Source: Chloroflexota bacterium
GTDB lineage: Bacteria; Chloroflexota; UBA11872
Length of the DNA: 64,000 bases
Direction of reading: 5' to 3'
Assembly: GCA_965243625.1 (NCBI GenBank)
Contig: CBDEVI010000002.1
Span: 1,839,751-1,903,750, forward strand
The notes under the pieces are model-generated. The model saw only the letters and a program-made list of their open reading frames with translations, did not search any database and had not been told where the DNA came from. The number at the start of each line of letters is the position of its first letter. Position 1 is the stretch's first letter. Below, piece by piece: positions 37,250 through 47,212 of the stretch. The position numbers and the translations under genes were made by a program.

Positions 37250-37811
37250 GACACGGCGCCCGATCGTCCGAGCGGCTGCCGAGACGCGCCTGGTTGTCGT
37301 CCCCTACGATCCGGAGTGGCCGGCCATGTACGAGCGCGAACGCGCGGAGATTTCCGCGTGCATTGGTCAACACATCCGGCGCATCGAGCATGCGGGCAGC
37401 ACGTCGATTCCGGGCATGGCCGGAAAGCCGACCATCGACATCATGGTGGGCGTCCGCGACTGGGACGCGGCCAGGGTCACCTTCGGGCCGTTGGCCGAGA
37501 TTGGATGGGAGTTTCGCGGCGAGCGCGGCATGCCGCGGCGGCACTTCTTTCGCCGGCTCAATGCGCAGGGCCGCCGCACGCACCAGCTGCACATGCTGGA
37601 AGTGACCCACCCCGACTGGGTCGCGATGCTGCTCTTCCGCGACTATGTGCGCAGCCATCCGGACGTGGCGGCGGAGTATCAGCGGCTGAAGCTTGACCTG
37701 GCGCGGAGGTATCCGAACAGCAGGGGCGCGTACACGGCCGGGAAGGAGGCGTTCGTAATGAGGGTGCTGGAGCAAGCACGGCGAACGCCTGACGAGACGA
37801 CGGAAGGGTGA
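37242..37811 (+). CDS. GrpB-family protein (UPF0157; nucleotidyltransferase-fold, glutamate-rich protein GrpB)
   Basis: 'VVPYDPEWPAMYERERAEI...IEHAGSTSIPGMAGKPTIDIMVGV...RRHFF...HLHMLEV..PDW...LLFRDYVRSHPDVAAEYQRLKLDLA' matches the GrpB family end to end. Confidence 0.75.
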   Translation: MARTRRPIVRAAAETRLVVVPYDPEWPAMYERERAEISACIGQHIRRIEHAGSTSIPGMAGKPTIDIMVGVRDWDAARVTFGPLAEIGWEFRGERGMPRRHFFRRLNAQGRRTHQLHMLEVTHPDWVAMLLFRDYVRSHPDVAAEYQRLKLDLARRYPNSRGAYTAGKEAFVMRVLEQARRTPDETTEG

Positions 37812-37883
37812 TCTCGCCGTCCACGCGACCGTTTCGTCGCTAGACTTGACACCGTGCGGTCGACTAGATGAAGGGTCGGCATC

Positions 37884-38732
37884 ATGACGCTTTCCGACCA
37901 GCAACTGGCGTTCTTCGAGACCTTCGGCTACCTGACCTTTCCCGGAGCCTTCGCCGACGAAGCCGAGAAGATCACCGAGGCGTTCGAACAAGTGTGGGCG
38001 GATCATGGCGGCGGCCACAACCGGCAGGCGCACGATCATGAGCGCCGGTCGGCCCTGGTCCCGTTCATCGACCAGAGCGAGTATCTGAGCGCGCTGCTGG
38101 ACGACCCGCGCATCGACGGCGTTGTCAGCGCGTTGCTTGGCGACGATTACAACTACACCGGGAGCGACGGCAACTTCTACGTGGGCGACACGCGTTGGCA
38201 CTCCGACGGGTTCGCCCGCATGAAATACCGCTCCATCAAGATCGCGCTGTACCTGGACCCCGTCACGCGCGACTCCGGGTGCTTGCGGGTGATTCCCGGC
38301 AGCCACATTCGCGGTGACGGCTATGCCGAGGGGCTGCAGCAGATCATGCCGAGCAGTCGGTCGACGTCGCTCGAGGAGCACCTGGGCGTCGAAGGCCGCG
38401 ACGTGCCTGCGGTGGCGCTGGAATCGCAGCCGGGCGACATGGTGCTGTTCATTCACGACCTGAAGCACGCGTCGTTCGGCGGCGGAACCCGCCGGCGCAT
38501 GTTCACGATCAATATGTCCCAACGCTTCGCAGACGAAGACATCGAGGCGCTGCGGGAGGACGTTGCGACGATGGTCAGGTTCTGGGCCGAGCGGGCGTAC
38601 GGCGACGTGATGATCCAAACCGCCGGTCCGGGCCGCATGCGGCATCTGGAGCAACGGCTGGCCAACGACGACCACTTGCCCGAGCTTGTGCGCCAGGCCC
38701 GCCGGGAGATGCACGAGCCGTCCCGCAGCTAG
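37884..38732 (+). CDS. Phytanoyl-CoA dioxygenase (PhyH)-family Fe(II)/2-oxoglutarate oxygenase (second copy)
   Basis: 'MTLSDQQLAFFETFGYLTFPGAF', 'WHSDG' (HxD), 'GCLRVIPGSH' and 'HDLKHASFGG' are typical of PhyH. Confidence 0.75.
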   Translation: MTLSDQQLAFFETFGYLTFPGAFADEAEKITEAFEQVWADHGGGHNRQAHDHERRSALVPFIDQSEYLSALLDDPRIDGVVSALLGDDYNYTGSDGNFYVGDTRWHSDGFARMKYRSIKIALYLDPVTRDSGCLRVIPGSHIRGDGYAEGLQQIMPSSRSTSLEEHLGVEGRDVPAVALESQPGDMVLFIHDLKHASFGGGTRRRMFTINMSQRFADEDIEALREDVATMVRFWAERAYGDVMIQTAGPGRMRHLEQRLANDDHLPELVRQARREMHEPSRS

Positions 38733-38828
38733 CCCGCGTGCCGCTCCCACGATCGCAGAAGGCGGTTGCCACTGGAGGCCGCTAGGCTGTGCGCACCGCC
38801 ACAGCAACAAGCCGGCATGGGTGAAGCA

Positions 38829-40124
38829 ATGACCAAGACGATTCCAGGCGACCACGAGTGTTTCAGCGAGGACTGGCGGCGCACCGATCCCGACCTGGTG
38901 CTCTATCTGCCTGAGGAGCCCTCGTACTGGATCGAGGCGGTGGACCACGTCCTGGTGGACGTCACGCCGGGCGGCGACCTGCTGGCGATCTTCGCGCTGG
39001 CCAGCCAGCCGCACGGGGCCGACTATCGGGTGGCGTACTCACGCAGCGCCGACGGCGGCCGGACGTGGTCGCCGGTGGGCGTCATCGACGGTCCGGGGGC
39101 CAAGCCCGGACAGGTGAGCGCCTTTGGATTCCCGGTCATCAGCCGGCGCGGGCGCATCTACTGCTTCTACAACCACGGCCGAGCGATCGGCGACAGCTAT
39201 CAGACGAGCTTTCTGCGCTGCAAGTACTCGGACGACGACGGCCGGACCTGGATTAACGGGGAGGTCGTGATTCCGTACCGCTCCAGCGCCAACGACCACC
39301 CGGACCGCTCCATCGGCGCCAACTGCGTGGTGTGGCAGAAGCCCATCCGCGACGCGCAGGGCCGCCCCATCATTGGCTTCACGCGCTGGACGAACTCCTA
39401 CGTCAAGACGGCACGCCGCGAGGACGACTTCACCATGTCTCGCCGCGATAGCCAGGCGGAGTTCATGCGGTTCGAGAACATCGACGACTCACCACATCCG
39501 CGCGACGTTGAGATCACCTGGCTGCAAGACGACGACACGGCCATTCGGGTGCCGGTGCCGTACGAGCCCGAGGCTTCACGCAACTATTCCTATTGCGAGG
39601 AGCCCAGCGCGGTGCTGCTGCCGGATGGCCGCCTATTCACCGTGGCGCGTACGGCGACGGGGCAGATCTGGTACACAGTTTCGACCGACGACGGCGTCAC
39701 CTGGCGGCCAACGGAACCGCTGCTGAACCGCGACGATGGCCGGCCCATGCTCAACCCAGTCTCGCCGTGTCCCATCTTTGCGCTGGAGGACGGCCGGTTC
39801 CTGCTCATGCTGCAAAATCATGACGGGCATGGACACGGCGGTCGCGGGCCCCGCGACTTTCATGCGCGGCGTCCACAGTTCATCGCCGTGGGCGAGTTCC
39901 GGCCCAACGCCCACCAGCCAATCTGGTTCAGCCAGCCCCAACTGCTCTTCGACACGCAGAACATCGGGGTGTTTCCCTTCTACATGAAGTGGCTGTCGAT
40001 GTACGCCAGCGTCACGGAGCATCGCGGCGAGCGGATTCTTTGGTACGCCGACCGCAAGATCTTCGGCCTGGGACGCTACATCACGGACGAGCTGCTGGCC
40101 CCGTTGACGGTTCCCTCGGGATAG
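38829..40124 (+). CDS. BNR/Asp-box repeat glycoside hydrolase, sialidase (exo-alpha-sialidase)-like beta-propeller; no signal peptide seen
   Basis: Three Asp-boxes: 'SRSADGGRTW', 'SDDDGRTW', 'STDDGVTW'. The start is chosen at the Met of 'MTKTIPGD'; the track ORF starts at 38766. Confidence 0.65.
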   Translation: MTKTIPGDHECFSEDWRRTDPDLVLYLPEEPSYWIEAVDHVLVDVTPGGDLLAIFALASQPHGADYRVAYSRSADGGRTWSPVGVIDGPGAKPGQVSAFGFPVISRRGRIYCFYNHGRAIGDSYQTSFLRCKYSDDDGRTWINGEVVIPYRSSANDHPDRSIGANCVVWQKPIRDAQGRPIIGFTRWTNSYVKTARREDDFTMSRRDSQAEFMRFENIDDSPHPRDVEITWLQDDDTAIRVPVPYEPEASRNYSYCEEPSAVLLPDGRLFTVARTATGQIWYTVSTDDGVTWRPTEPLLNRDDGRPMLNPVSPCPIFALEDGRFLLMLQNHDGHGHGGRGPRDFHARRPQFIAVGEFRPNAHQPIWFSQPQLLFDTQNIGVFPFYMKWLSMYASVTEHRGERILWYADRKIFGLGRYITDELLAPLTVPSG

Positions 40125-40207
40125 CCCGGAATCTGGCGGGGCGCTGCTACGATTGGCGCCCCAATTCCCGCAGGACGCGCGGGGCTCCCCGAAATCGAGA
40201 CGGCTCC

Positions 40208-41062
40208 ATGGCGATAGAGGTCAGGCCGATTTCGCGCGCCCTCGGCGCGGAGGTCATTGGCGCCGACTTGACGCAGCCGGACGACGACGAGCAGTTCGAG
40301 GTCATCCACCAGGCGCTGCTGGATCACAACGTGGTCGTCATCCGCGACCAGCAGATCTCGCCGGCGGACCACGCGGCGTTCAGCGGCCGGTTCGGCAAGC
40401 TCGAGCTGCACGTGTTGAACCAGTTCCTGCTGCCCGAGCAGCCGGAGGTCCTGGTGCTGTCGAACAAGCGCATCAACGGAGTGCCCGTCGGACTGCAAGA
40501 CGCGGGCCGCGAGTGGCATAGCGACCTCTCCTACATGCGACTCCCCTCGCTGGGCTCATTGCTGTACGCGTTGGAAATCCCGCCGACCGGCGGCGACACG
40601 CTTTACGCCAATCTCTATTCGGCCTACGAGACGCTGTCGCCCGAGATGAAGGAACGCGTCGAAGGGCTTCGGCTGCGGCACTCCTACGCCGACTTCATTA
40701 ATCGCCGGTTCCAGGAGTCCGCGATGGAGCGGCCCACGCTGACCGCGGAGCAGGCGGCCAAGGTGCCCACGGCCGTGCATCCGTTGGTGCGCACGCATCC
40801 GGAAACCGGCCGCAAGGCGCTGTACGTGAGCCCGTCGCTCGTGGCCGGGATCGACGACATGGACGACGCCGAGGGACAGGCGCTGCTGCAAGAGCTCAAC
40901 GACCACGCCACGCAGCCCGAGTTCGTCTACCGGCACGTGTGGCGGCTCCACGACATCGTGTTCTGGGACAACCGCTGCACGCTGCACCAGGCCACGGCAT
41001 TCGACCCGAAATACACGCGCCACATGCACCGCACCACAATTCAGGGCGACCTGCCGGTCTGA
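40208..41062 (+). CDS. TauD/TfdA-family Fe(II)/2-oxoglutarate dioxygenase
   Basis: 'WHSDLSY' (HxD), 'GGDTLYANLYSAYETLS', 'HVWRLHDIVFWDNRCTLHQA' (distal His) and 'TRHMHRTTIQG' (Arg). 284 aa from the Met of 'MAIEV'. Confidence 0.8.
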   Translation: MAIEVRPISRALGAEVIGADLTQPDDDEQFEVIHQALLDHNVVVIRDQQISPADHAAFSGRFGKLELHVLNQFLLPEQPEVLVLSNKRINGVPVGLQDAGREWHSDLSYMRLPSLGSLLYALEIPPTGGDTLYANLYSAYETLSPEMKERVEGLRLRHSYADFINRRFQESAMERPTLTAEQAAKVPTAVHPLVRTHPETGRKALYVSPSLVAGIDDMDDAEGQALLQELNDHATQPEFVYRHVWRLHDIVFWDNRCTLHQATAFDPKYTRHMHRTTIQGDLPV

Positions 41063-41087
41063 CCGACGGCTGCCGGGTGCACCTCGC

Positions 41088-41915
41088 GTGAGCGCCGGGT
41101 CCAGCAAGTCCGTCGATCCCGACGGTTCCTACACGGCGGCGAATCGCGCCGCCTGGGACGCGATTGCGGATAGGCGGCAGAAGATTTGGCCGCCGGCGGA
41201 GTTCTTCGCCGAGGGCGGGTCGGTGCTCGACAAGCGCGATCGCGAGGCCGCCGGCGACGTGCGGGGACTGCGGCTGTGCCACTTGCAGTGCGGGAGCGGG
41301 GAAGAGGCGCTCTCGTGGGCGAACTTGGGCGCCGAGGTGACTGGCGTCGACATCAGCCCGAAGCAGATCGAGCTGGCAACCGCCAAGGCCAAGGCAGCTA
41401 GGATCTCCGCCGACTTTGTCGTGGCAGATGTCGACGCGCTCTCCAAAGCCCCGCTGCCTCCCGGGACTTTCGACATCGTTTACACGGGCGGCGGCGCCCT
41501 CGTATGGATCCCCGATCTCGACCGCTGGGCAGCGCCGGTGCAGCAGCTTCTTAGACCTGGCGGACGGTTAATCTGTCGGGAGGAGCATCCCGTTATCGGG
41601 TGTGTCGAGGTCCGCGACGGCTCGATCGCACTCACGGAGGACTACTTCGAGCGTCAGCCCCAGCCGGCCACCGGTTGGCTTCACTTTCCCGGCGGCGAAA
41701 GCGCCCCCGAGACCTATTGGGGGTTCACGTGGACGCTGGGCGAGATCATCACGAGCCTGGCGCAGGCCGGTCTCCGCATTGAACGCTTGGCGGAGTTTCC
41801 GAGCACGGCCACATGGCGTTTCGGCGACGATTTGCCGCGTCTTCAGAAACTGCCGGGCTCGTTTCTTCTCGTTGCCAGCAAGCCTTCCGACGTCGGTCGA
41901 CAAGCACCCGCGTAG
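41088..41915 (+). CDS. Class I SAM-dependent methyltransferase
   Basis: 'LRLCHLQCGSGEEALSWANLGAEVTGVDIS' (motif I GxGxG region), 'FDIVYTGGGALVW' (motif II) and 'LLRPGGRLI' (motif III). Confidence 0.7.
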   Translation: MSAGSSKSVDPDGSYTAANRAAWDAIADRRQKIWPPAEFFAEGGSVLDKRDREAAGDVRGLRLCHLQCGSGEEALSWANLGAEVTGVDISPKQIELATAKAKAARISADFVVADVDALSKAPLPPGTFDIVYTGGGALVWIPDLDRWAAPVQQLLRPGGRLICREEHPVIGCVEVRDGSIALTEDYFERQPQPATGWLHFPGGESAPETYWGFTWTLGEIITSLAQAGLRIERLAEFPSTATWRFGDDLPRLQKLPGSFLLVASKPSDVGRQAPA

Positions 41916-42012
41916 GGCGATTGGCTCACGAGCCGCCGACGTGGGAGACAGGCGGGATCCGTGGCTCAAGCGGCGCGAGAACGTGAGCGCTTAGAGCTGC
42001 ACCCTGTCGAAT

Positions 42013-43911
42013 CTAGTCCGGCCGATCCGCAGCCTCGTCCGTTGTCTGGGCGCTACGCAAGGCAGTGAATCGACCGCCGGCTTGGAGAAGTTCGGCGGGA
42101 GTCCCCAGTTCGAGCACCCGGCCTCGATCCATCACGACGATCCGGTCCGCGTCCATCACCGTTTCGATCCGGTGGGTAACGACGACCAGGGTGCGGCCGC
42201 GTCGCGAGGACGCCAGCGCGAGACGCAGGTCTCGCTCGGTCGCCACGTCCAGGGAGGCGGTAGCTTCGTCCAGAATCAGCAGGCGCGGGTCGCGCAGCAG
42301 CGCGCGGGCGATGGCGATGCGCTGTCGCTCGCCGGCGGAAATACTCTGGCCAAGCTCGCCAACAGTGGTCTCGAGCCCCTGAGGCAGTCTGGTGAGGAAA
42401 TCTTCGAGCTGGGCGTCCCGCAGCGCCCGCGCCAACTCGTCGGCATCGGCCTCCCCGGTTGGATAGCGGATGTTGTCGGCGATGGTCGCGTCCCATAGCC
42501 GCGGCTCCTGCGGGACGAATCCGATCTGCCGACGCAGCCACGAGAGATCGATCTCGCGTGTGTCGACCCCATCGACACGCACCGATCCCGCGTGCGGCAC
42601 GTAGAGCCCGACCAACAGGTCCAGCAGCGTCGACTTGCCGCTCCCCGTTTCTCCCACGATGCCGAGGAATTCGCCCGGCAGCCCTGAGAACGAGACGTCG
42701 AAGACTCCCGCGTCTTCCCTCGAATAGCGAAAGGTGGCTTCGTGGAATTCGACGCGCGCACCCATATCACCCGCCTGAAGTCTCGGCGTCCGGCCGCCGG
42801 CCCGTTCCGGAGCCAGGCCGAACACGGCGTCCATCAGTTCATATTCGGCTTGAACCCGCGCTCGCTCTGCCTGCAGGGTCAGAAGACGCTGCAGGGCCGC
42901 ATAGGCTCGGGGGACCAGCGTCACCGTGGCGATGAGCCCACCGACTGAGAGGAGACCACCGGCGATGAGCACGGCACCGAGTCCGAAGACCGCCGCAGTC
43001 ACCAGCACCTGAGCAGCCGGGGCCACGTGTGCGATCACCAAGTCGTGGAGGACGACGGTCTTGGATCTCACCTGCCACACGCTGTCGATCCAAGCCAGCC
43101 ATCGACGCTGCTCGCGCGCCGTGGCGTCGAAAACGCGCACAACCCGAATGCCCGCCAACACTTCCTGCAGGAATACCTGCCCTCGCTGGAGACGACGCAA
43201 CAACTCCTGATTGAGGCGGGTCGACAGCGGTCCCAGGCGGGCGGCGCCAAGCGTCGTCGCGGGAATTGCGATCACAGCCAGCAGCCCCAGTTGCCAGTCG
43301 ACCAAGAGCATGGCTATTCCGGCGGCCGCCAGCACAAAGGACTGCGAGATTGCAGGAAGCAGCGATTCCTTGACGTACACGTCGCCGATCCGCCCACATG
43401 ATCTGGTGAGTCGAAAGACCAGTTGCTCGGTCGGGATCTCCTCGAGCTCCTCGAACCGGGCAGTGGCGACGGTGTTGAAGGCGCGTTCGCGAAGATGCAT
43501 TGACACTCCCTCGCCAATCGCGGCTCGCATGTAGGTCTCGACGGACGCCAAAAGGAGCTGCACGAAGGCCGCTCCGGCCATCCCGCCGGCGAGCGCCGCC
43601 GCCAATCGGAGGTCGCCAACGGGCAGGGCGTGATCGATCAGGGCGGCGACAAGCAGGGCCGGAACAATGCCGACGGCCGCCCCGCCGAGCATCAGCCCGG
43701 ACGTGAGCGCAATGGACCGCCAGCGCCGACGGAGCTCCTGCCGCACGATGGCGGCGGACGCGGAGGCCTTGGGAGGTTCTGGCTTGGCGGCGATTGCGGG
43801 TGCGGGAATCCACGGCGTCGGGACTCCAATAGTCTGACGGCGATCGCCGCCGCCGTCAGTGCCGATTCCCGCCGAGGGTTCGAAAAATCGGGGATATAAT
43901 GAAGTGGGCAA
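42013..43911 (-). CDS. ABC exporter, fused transmembrane-domain (6 TM) plus ATPase half-transporter (MsbA/MdlB-like)
   Basis: C-terminal NBD: 'GIVGETGSGKSTL', 'ISAGERQRIAIARALL', 'ILILDEATASLD', 'VVVTHR'. N-terminal TMD with 'WQVRSKTVVLHDL…'. The start is uncertain; the Met is taken from the track. Confidence 0.8.
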   Translation of the reverse strand: MPTSLYPRFFEPSAGIGTDGGGDRRQTIGVPTPWIPAPAIAAKPEPPKASASAAIVRQELRRRWRSIALTSGLMLGGAAVGIVPALLVAALIDHALPVGDLRLAAALAGGMAGAAFVQLLLASVETYMRAAIGEGVSMHLRERAFNTVATARFEELEEIPTEQLVFRLTRSCGRIGDVYVKESLLPAISQSFVLAAAGIAMLLVDWQLGLLAVIAIPATTLGAARLGPLSTRLNQELLRRLQRGQVFLQEVLAGIRVVRVFDATAREQRRWLAWIDSVWQVRSKTVVLHDLVIAHVAPAAQVLVTAAVFGLGAVLIAGGLLSVGGLIATVTLVPRAYAALQRLLTLQAERARVQAEYELMDAVFGLAPERAGGRTPRLQAGDMGARVEFHEATFRYSREDAGVFDVSFSGLPGEFLGIVGETGSGKSTLLDLLVGLYVPHAGSVRVDGVDTREIDLSWLRRQIGFVPQEPRLWDATIADNIRYPTGEADADELARALRDAQLEDFLTRLPQGLETTVGELGQSISAGERQRIAIARALLRDPRLLILDEATASLDVATERDLRLALASSRRGRTLVVVTHRIETVMDADRIVVMDRGRVLELGTPAELLQAGGRFTALRSAQTTDEAADRPD

Positions 43912-43934
43912 AAAGAACGGTCGTCTCGACGCTG

Positions 43935-44927
43935 TTATCCCAGATCAAACAGTTGTTTCCACGATCTGGCGTTCAGAATGCGTTGGACAACATCGTTCCA
44001 GCACCCTGGCCACCCGTCGATCCACGCGAACTCCGAGGGCTCTGCTCCAAGTAGCCGAAGCTTGATGAGGTCGAACTCCGGCGTGGCCCCATAGCCGTCA
44101 AACAGTGCCTCCCACCAGTGGTCGCATGCCGGCAACAGAGCGGCGAGCTCGACGCACAGCTTGGCGAGGTCCTCACCAGCGTCGCCTGCCGATGCCACCT
44201 CCAAGTCGAGGGGCCCGGTGACCTGCCAATTGTCACCGTCCTCGACGAGAAAGAACGAGTTGGCGTGGCAATCCCCATGGACGAAGCGGGGCGGCTCGAA
44301 GCACGAGCCTAGACGGTCGGGCATTGTCGCGATGGCGCGATCCAGCCGCGCTCGCACATCCTCTGAGAGTTTGGCGGCCTCCGCCTCAAGCGTGTCCCGG
44401 GCATGATTCTGTCGCGACTCGACTGTCCAGCAGCGGTGCTGCCACTTGCCAGTCTGCCTGGGCGAGGTTGGCCCCTGCACGCTGGAAACGTAGCCAGGAA
44501 ACGCGAACTCAATCGTGTGCATCCGGCGCAGGTAATCGCCTACGGCGCCGAGCGGTGGTCCGGCTGCATGGCCCTGTCGCAGCACTGTTCCCAGCGCCTT
44601 CCCGGCCAGCTCGCGCGTCAAAAGGTAGGGTCGACCCAGGGGGTTGCTGGTGCCAGTCTCCTCTGCGACGACCTCCGGCGTTAGGAGTCCGTGAGCCTCG
44701 AGACATCGCCAGGCGCCCGCCTCGTGGGCGACGGGAAAGGCGTGCGAGTCGCCATGGGCCGCATACCAGGACTTCGTGTAGGTCTTTAGGAAGAATGATC
44801 CGGCTTCGCCGACCAGTCGCCAGACGTGGTTGCGCTCGTGCACCAACTCGATGCCAATCGGCCCGGACACGCCGACGCCGCCAAGGACGTGACTCGCCTG
44901 GCGCGCCGAGAGCGAAGTCGGGTTCAC
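43935..44927 (-). CDS. Phosphotransferase-enzyme-family protein (aminoglycoside-phosphotransferase/CotS/homoserine-kinase-II-like kinase fold)
   Basis: Catalytic loop 'FVHGDCHANSFFL' (HGDxxxxN), a downstream 'DLEVASAGDAGED' (DxE/D metal site) and an N-terminal lobe 'VWRLVGEAGSFFLKTY'. Confidence 0.7.
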   Translation of the reverse strand: MNPTSLSARQASHVLGGVGVSGPIGIELVHERNHVWRLVGEAGSFFLKTYTKSWYAAHGDSHAFPVAHEAGAWRCLEAHGLLTPEVVAEETGTSNPLGRPYLLTRELAGKALGTVLRQGHAAGPPLGAVGDYLRRMHTIEFAFPGYVSSVQGPTSPRQTGKWQHRCWTVESRQNHARDTLEAEAAKLSEDVRARLDRAIATMPDRLGSCFEPPRFVHGDCHANSFFLVEDGDNWQVTGPLDLEVASAGDAGEDLAKLCVELAALLPACDHWWEALFDGYGATPEFDLIKLRLLGAEPSEFAWIDGWPGCWNDVVQRILNARSWKQLFDLG

Positions 44928-45067
44928 GTGCTCCCCTCAAGAGGCCCGCACTGGAGATCTGCGACCGCGGACTCCCGACGAGGATAGATTCCTCTCCCCG
45001 GGGCCATACGACCACATACTCGCCACTCGCGGGCCGCATAGCTCAATTTCGCTTGCGCGATCGTGAC

Positions 45068-45976
45068 ATGGACATCGCCCGCGGCGCCGCCCACAATCGC
45101 GCACCTCCCGGTCAGAACGAGGGCGCCGTGAAGCTCGGCTACTTTCACAACGGGCACTTTCCGCCGATCGAGTTCGAGGAGTTCGTGCGTTGGGGCGCGG
45201 CCAACGGCTATCAGGCCGTCGACGTGCCGCTGTTCCAGCCCGGCGCCCGCGCCATCTGCGAGCGTCACGGCCTGGAACCGACTTCGACCACGGGCATGAT
45301 CTGCCAGCCCATTGCCACCGATGCGGAGGCTCGGGCGGAGCAGGTGGACGAGGCCCGCCGGGCGTTGGACTACGCCGCCGCCGAGCACATCCCGCTGGCG
45401 TGGCTGGGACACCAGATGGCACCAGACCTTGGATTCGACGCCAACGTGCGCCTCTTCGCCGAGGGCGCGGCGCCGGTGCTGGACCACGCGCAGCGGGTCG
45501 GCATGCGCCTGGTGATGGAGAACTGGGCGGACGGCGGGCGCAACCTGGCCTATGCCCCGGCGCACTGGGAGGCCATTTTCGACGCCGTCCCGCACGAGGC
45601 GTTGGGGCTGTGCTTCGATCCCTCGCACCTGGTCTGGCTGGGCATCGACTATCTCCGCGCGGCGCGCGAGTTCGGCCCGCGCATCTACCAGGCGCACGCC
45701 AAGGACACCGAGTTCCTGCCCGAGGCGCGCTACCGGTTCGGCGTCATCGGCGCCGACCGCGGACGGATCGGCCAGGGAACGTATCGCTTCCGGATTCCGG
45801 GATTCGGCGTGATCGACTGGCCGGCCTTCATCACCGCACTGCTCGACGTCGGCTACACCGGCCCGCTGGTGGTGGAGCACGAGGACCCGTTCTGGAGCGC
45901 CAGGACCGATCCCGGGCACGACGCGCTCAAGGGACTAGTGCTGGCCCAACGATTTCTGGCGCCGCTGCTGGTCTAG
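45068..45976 (+). CDS. Sugar-phosphate isomerase/epimerase (xylose-isomerase-like TIM barrel, AP-endonuclease-2 superfamily)
   Basis: 'LVMENWADGG', 'LGLCFDPSHLVWLGID' and 'YQAHAKDTEF...GPLVVEHED' fit the family. The start is at the Met of 'MDIARG' (45068); the track ORF starts at 44324 and its N-terminal third is Arg-rich junk. Confidence 0.75.
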   Translation: MDIARGAAHNRAPPGQNEGAVKLGYFHNGHFPPIEFEEFVRWGAANGYQAVDVPLFQPGARAICERHGLEPTSTTGMICQPIATDAEARAEQVDEARRALDYAAAEHIPLAWLGHQMAPDLGFDANVRLFAEGAAPVLDHAQRVGMRLVMENWADGGRNLAYAPAHWEAIFDAVPHEALGLCFDPSHLVWLGIDYLRAAREFGPRIYQAHAKDTEFLPEARYRFGVIGADRGRIGQGTYRFRIPGFGVIDWPAFITALLDVGYTGPLVVEHEDPFWSARTDPGHDALKGLVLAQRFLAPLLV

Positions 45977-46002
45977 AACTGCAGCGGAAGCCGACGAGTC
46001 CG

Positions 46003-47028
46003 CTATACGCTTGGCCAGCCGTCGGGAATCTCGTTGGCGTCGAGCGCGGACTTGATGGCTTCGGCGGCCTCGGGCGTCACCCAGCCTGACCATACGCTCA
46101 CGTTGCTCTTGAGCCACCAGAGCGCTGTTTCGTTGATGCTGGCATCCCTGTTTTCGAGCCGCCACTTGCCGACGTCTTTGTAGAGTTCGAGATTTAGATT
46201 CCAGGCCCGCAGCATCTCGACGATTTCCGGCGCCCGATCAGGGATATCTCGATGCACGGCAATGGAAATCGTGGCGTCTCGGTAGGCGCAAGCCCTCGTC
46301 GTATCCCAGCACTCATCGGTGTACTCGGGCTCCTTCAATCGGACCAGATCAAGCTCCGCCGCCGGATCGTTCGTGCCCCATTGATATCCAAGCCACGGTT
46401 CCCGTCGCTCGTATGCGCCGTAGAGGTCGGCATTCGCCGCTGCGCCGTCTCCTGGATTGATGATGTGGACATGGTCCGAGAGTCCATAGGCCTCGATCTG
46501 CTGGGCGTTGATCTCCTCGCACACCCACCCGATGACGCAAGACACCAGCCGCGCTTTACCGCGCGTTTCGACCGTGGCGAACAGCGCCTTGAACTTCTCG
46601 TCTTTCAGATCCTCGACACTGTCCAGCTCCGGATACTGCTCCTGAAGGTATGCGGGGATTACGAATGCGGACTGCCAGTCGCGGCCGAGGCTTTCGCCGA
46701 CCAATTCGACGTCGCCCGCTGCCAGCGCATCCACCCAGGCATCTTCCTGGTTCGGCAGCCAGATCTCCATGGTCACGTGGGTGTCGCCTCGGCGCAGTCC
46801 CTGCAACAACGGAAGGGTGGCGCCGAATACCAGATCGGTCGGGTAGCCGTAGCCCTTTTCAACGAGGTATTGGGCGACGCGATTCTGAAACTGCGCACTG
46901 GTCCAGTTCAGATCGCTGAAGACGATGGGGTCCTTCTCCGCAACGACTTCAGTCTCGGAGCAGGCGGTTCCAAATATGACGGCAATCAGCGCAATTGCCA
47001 TGACCGATCGTCTGGACATGGCCAACAT
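46003..47028 (-). CDS. Glycine-betaine/proline-betaine (ProX/OpuAC-type) ABC substrate-binding lipoprotein; orphan (no permease/ATPase adjacent)
   Basis: Signal 'MAIALIAVIFGTACSE' (lipobox), 'IVFSDLNWTSAQFQNRVAQYLVEKGYGY' and later Trp-rich cage residues ('WLGYQWG', 'ALWWLKSNVSVWSGWV') typical of betaine binders. Confidence 0.7.
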   Translation of the reverse strand: MLAMSRRSVMAIALIAVIFGTACSETEVVAEKDPIVFSDLNWTSAQFQNRVAQYLVEKGYGYPTDLVFGATLPLLQGLRRGDTHVTMEIWLPNQEDAWVDALAAGDVELVGESLGRDWQSAFVIPAYLQEQYPELDSVEDLKDEKFKALFATVETRGKARLVSCVIGWVCEEINAQQIEAYGLSDHVHIINPGDGAAANADLYGAYERREPWLGYQWGTNDPAAELDLVRLKEPEYTDECWDTTRACAYRDATISIAVHRDIPDRAPEIVEMLRAWNLNLELYKDVGKWRLENRDASINETALWWLKSNVSVWSGWVTPEAAEAIKSALDANEIPDGWPSV

Positions 47029-47212
47029 GCGTCAGGTCTCCCTTCTCATTTCCCTCAGGCTGCTTTCAGAGTGCCTGTTGGAGATACCGTCATCGTGCAA
47101 TCGGGAATCACCGGCCCCGATTCGAGGATGCTACTGCCTGCGTTCCGGTCCGGCCAATCGTCAGGGCCGGGCCTGCATGCCACTTCGCATTCGGTGATCT
47201 GACGCGGTCCCG

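Noticed and set aside
37032-39014. 660-aa minus-strand ORF spanning the PhyH-GrpB-PhyH-sialidase genes
   Set aside because: It is antisense across four well-supported plus-strand genes and has a low-complexity Arg/Ala/Gly composition. It is a high-GC frame artefact.
47029-47212. Possible riboswitch (e.g. glycine/betaine-type) in the ~185-nt leader of the ProX-like binding-protein gene
   Set aside because: No recognisable riboswitch consensus was seen (no glycine-riboswitch GGAGAG…ACCGAAGGGGCAA cores, for example). It has only a generic GC hairpin (CCGGCC…GGCCGG) and an AAGGGAGAC Shine-Dalgarno. It is left as unexplained leader sequence.
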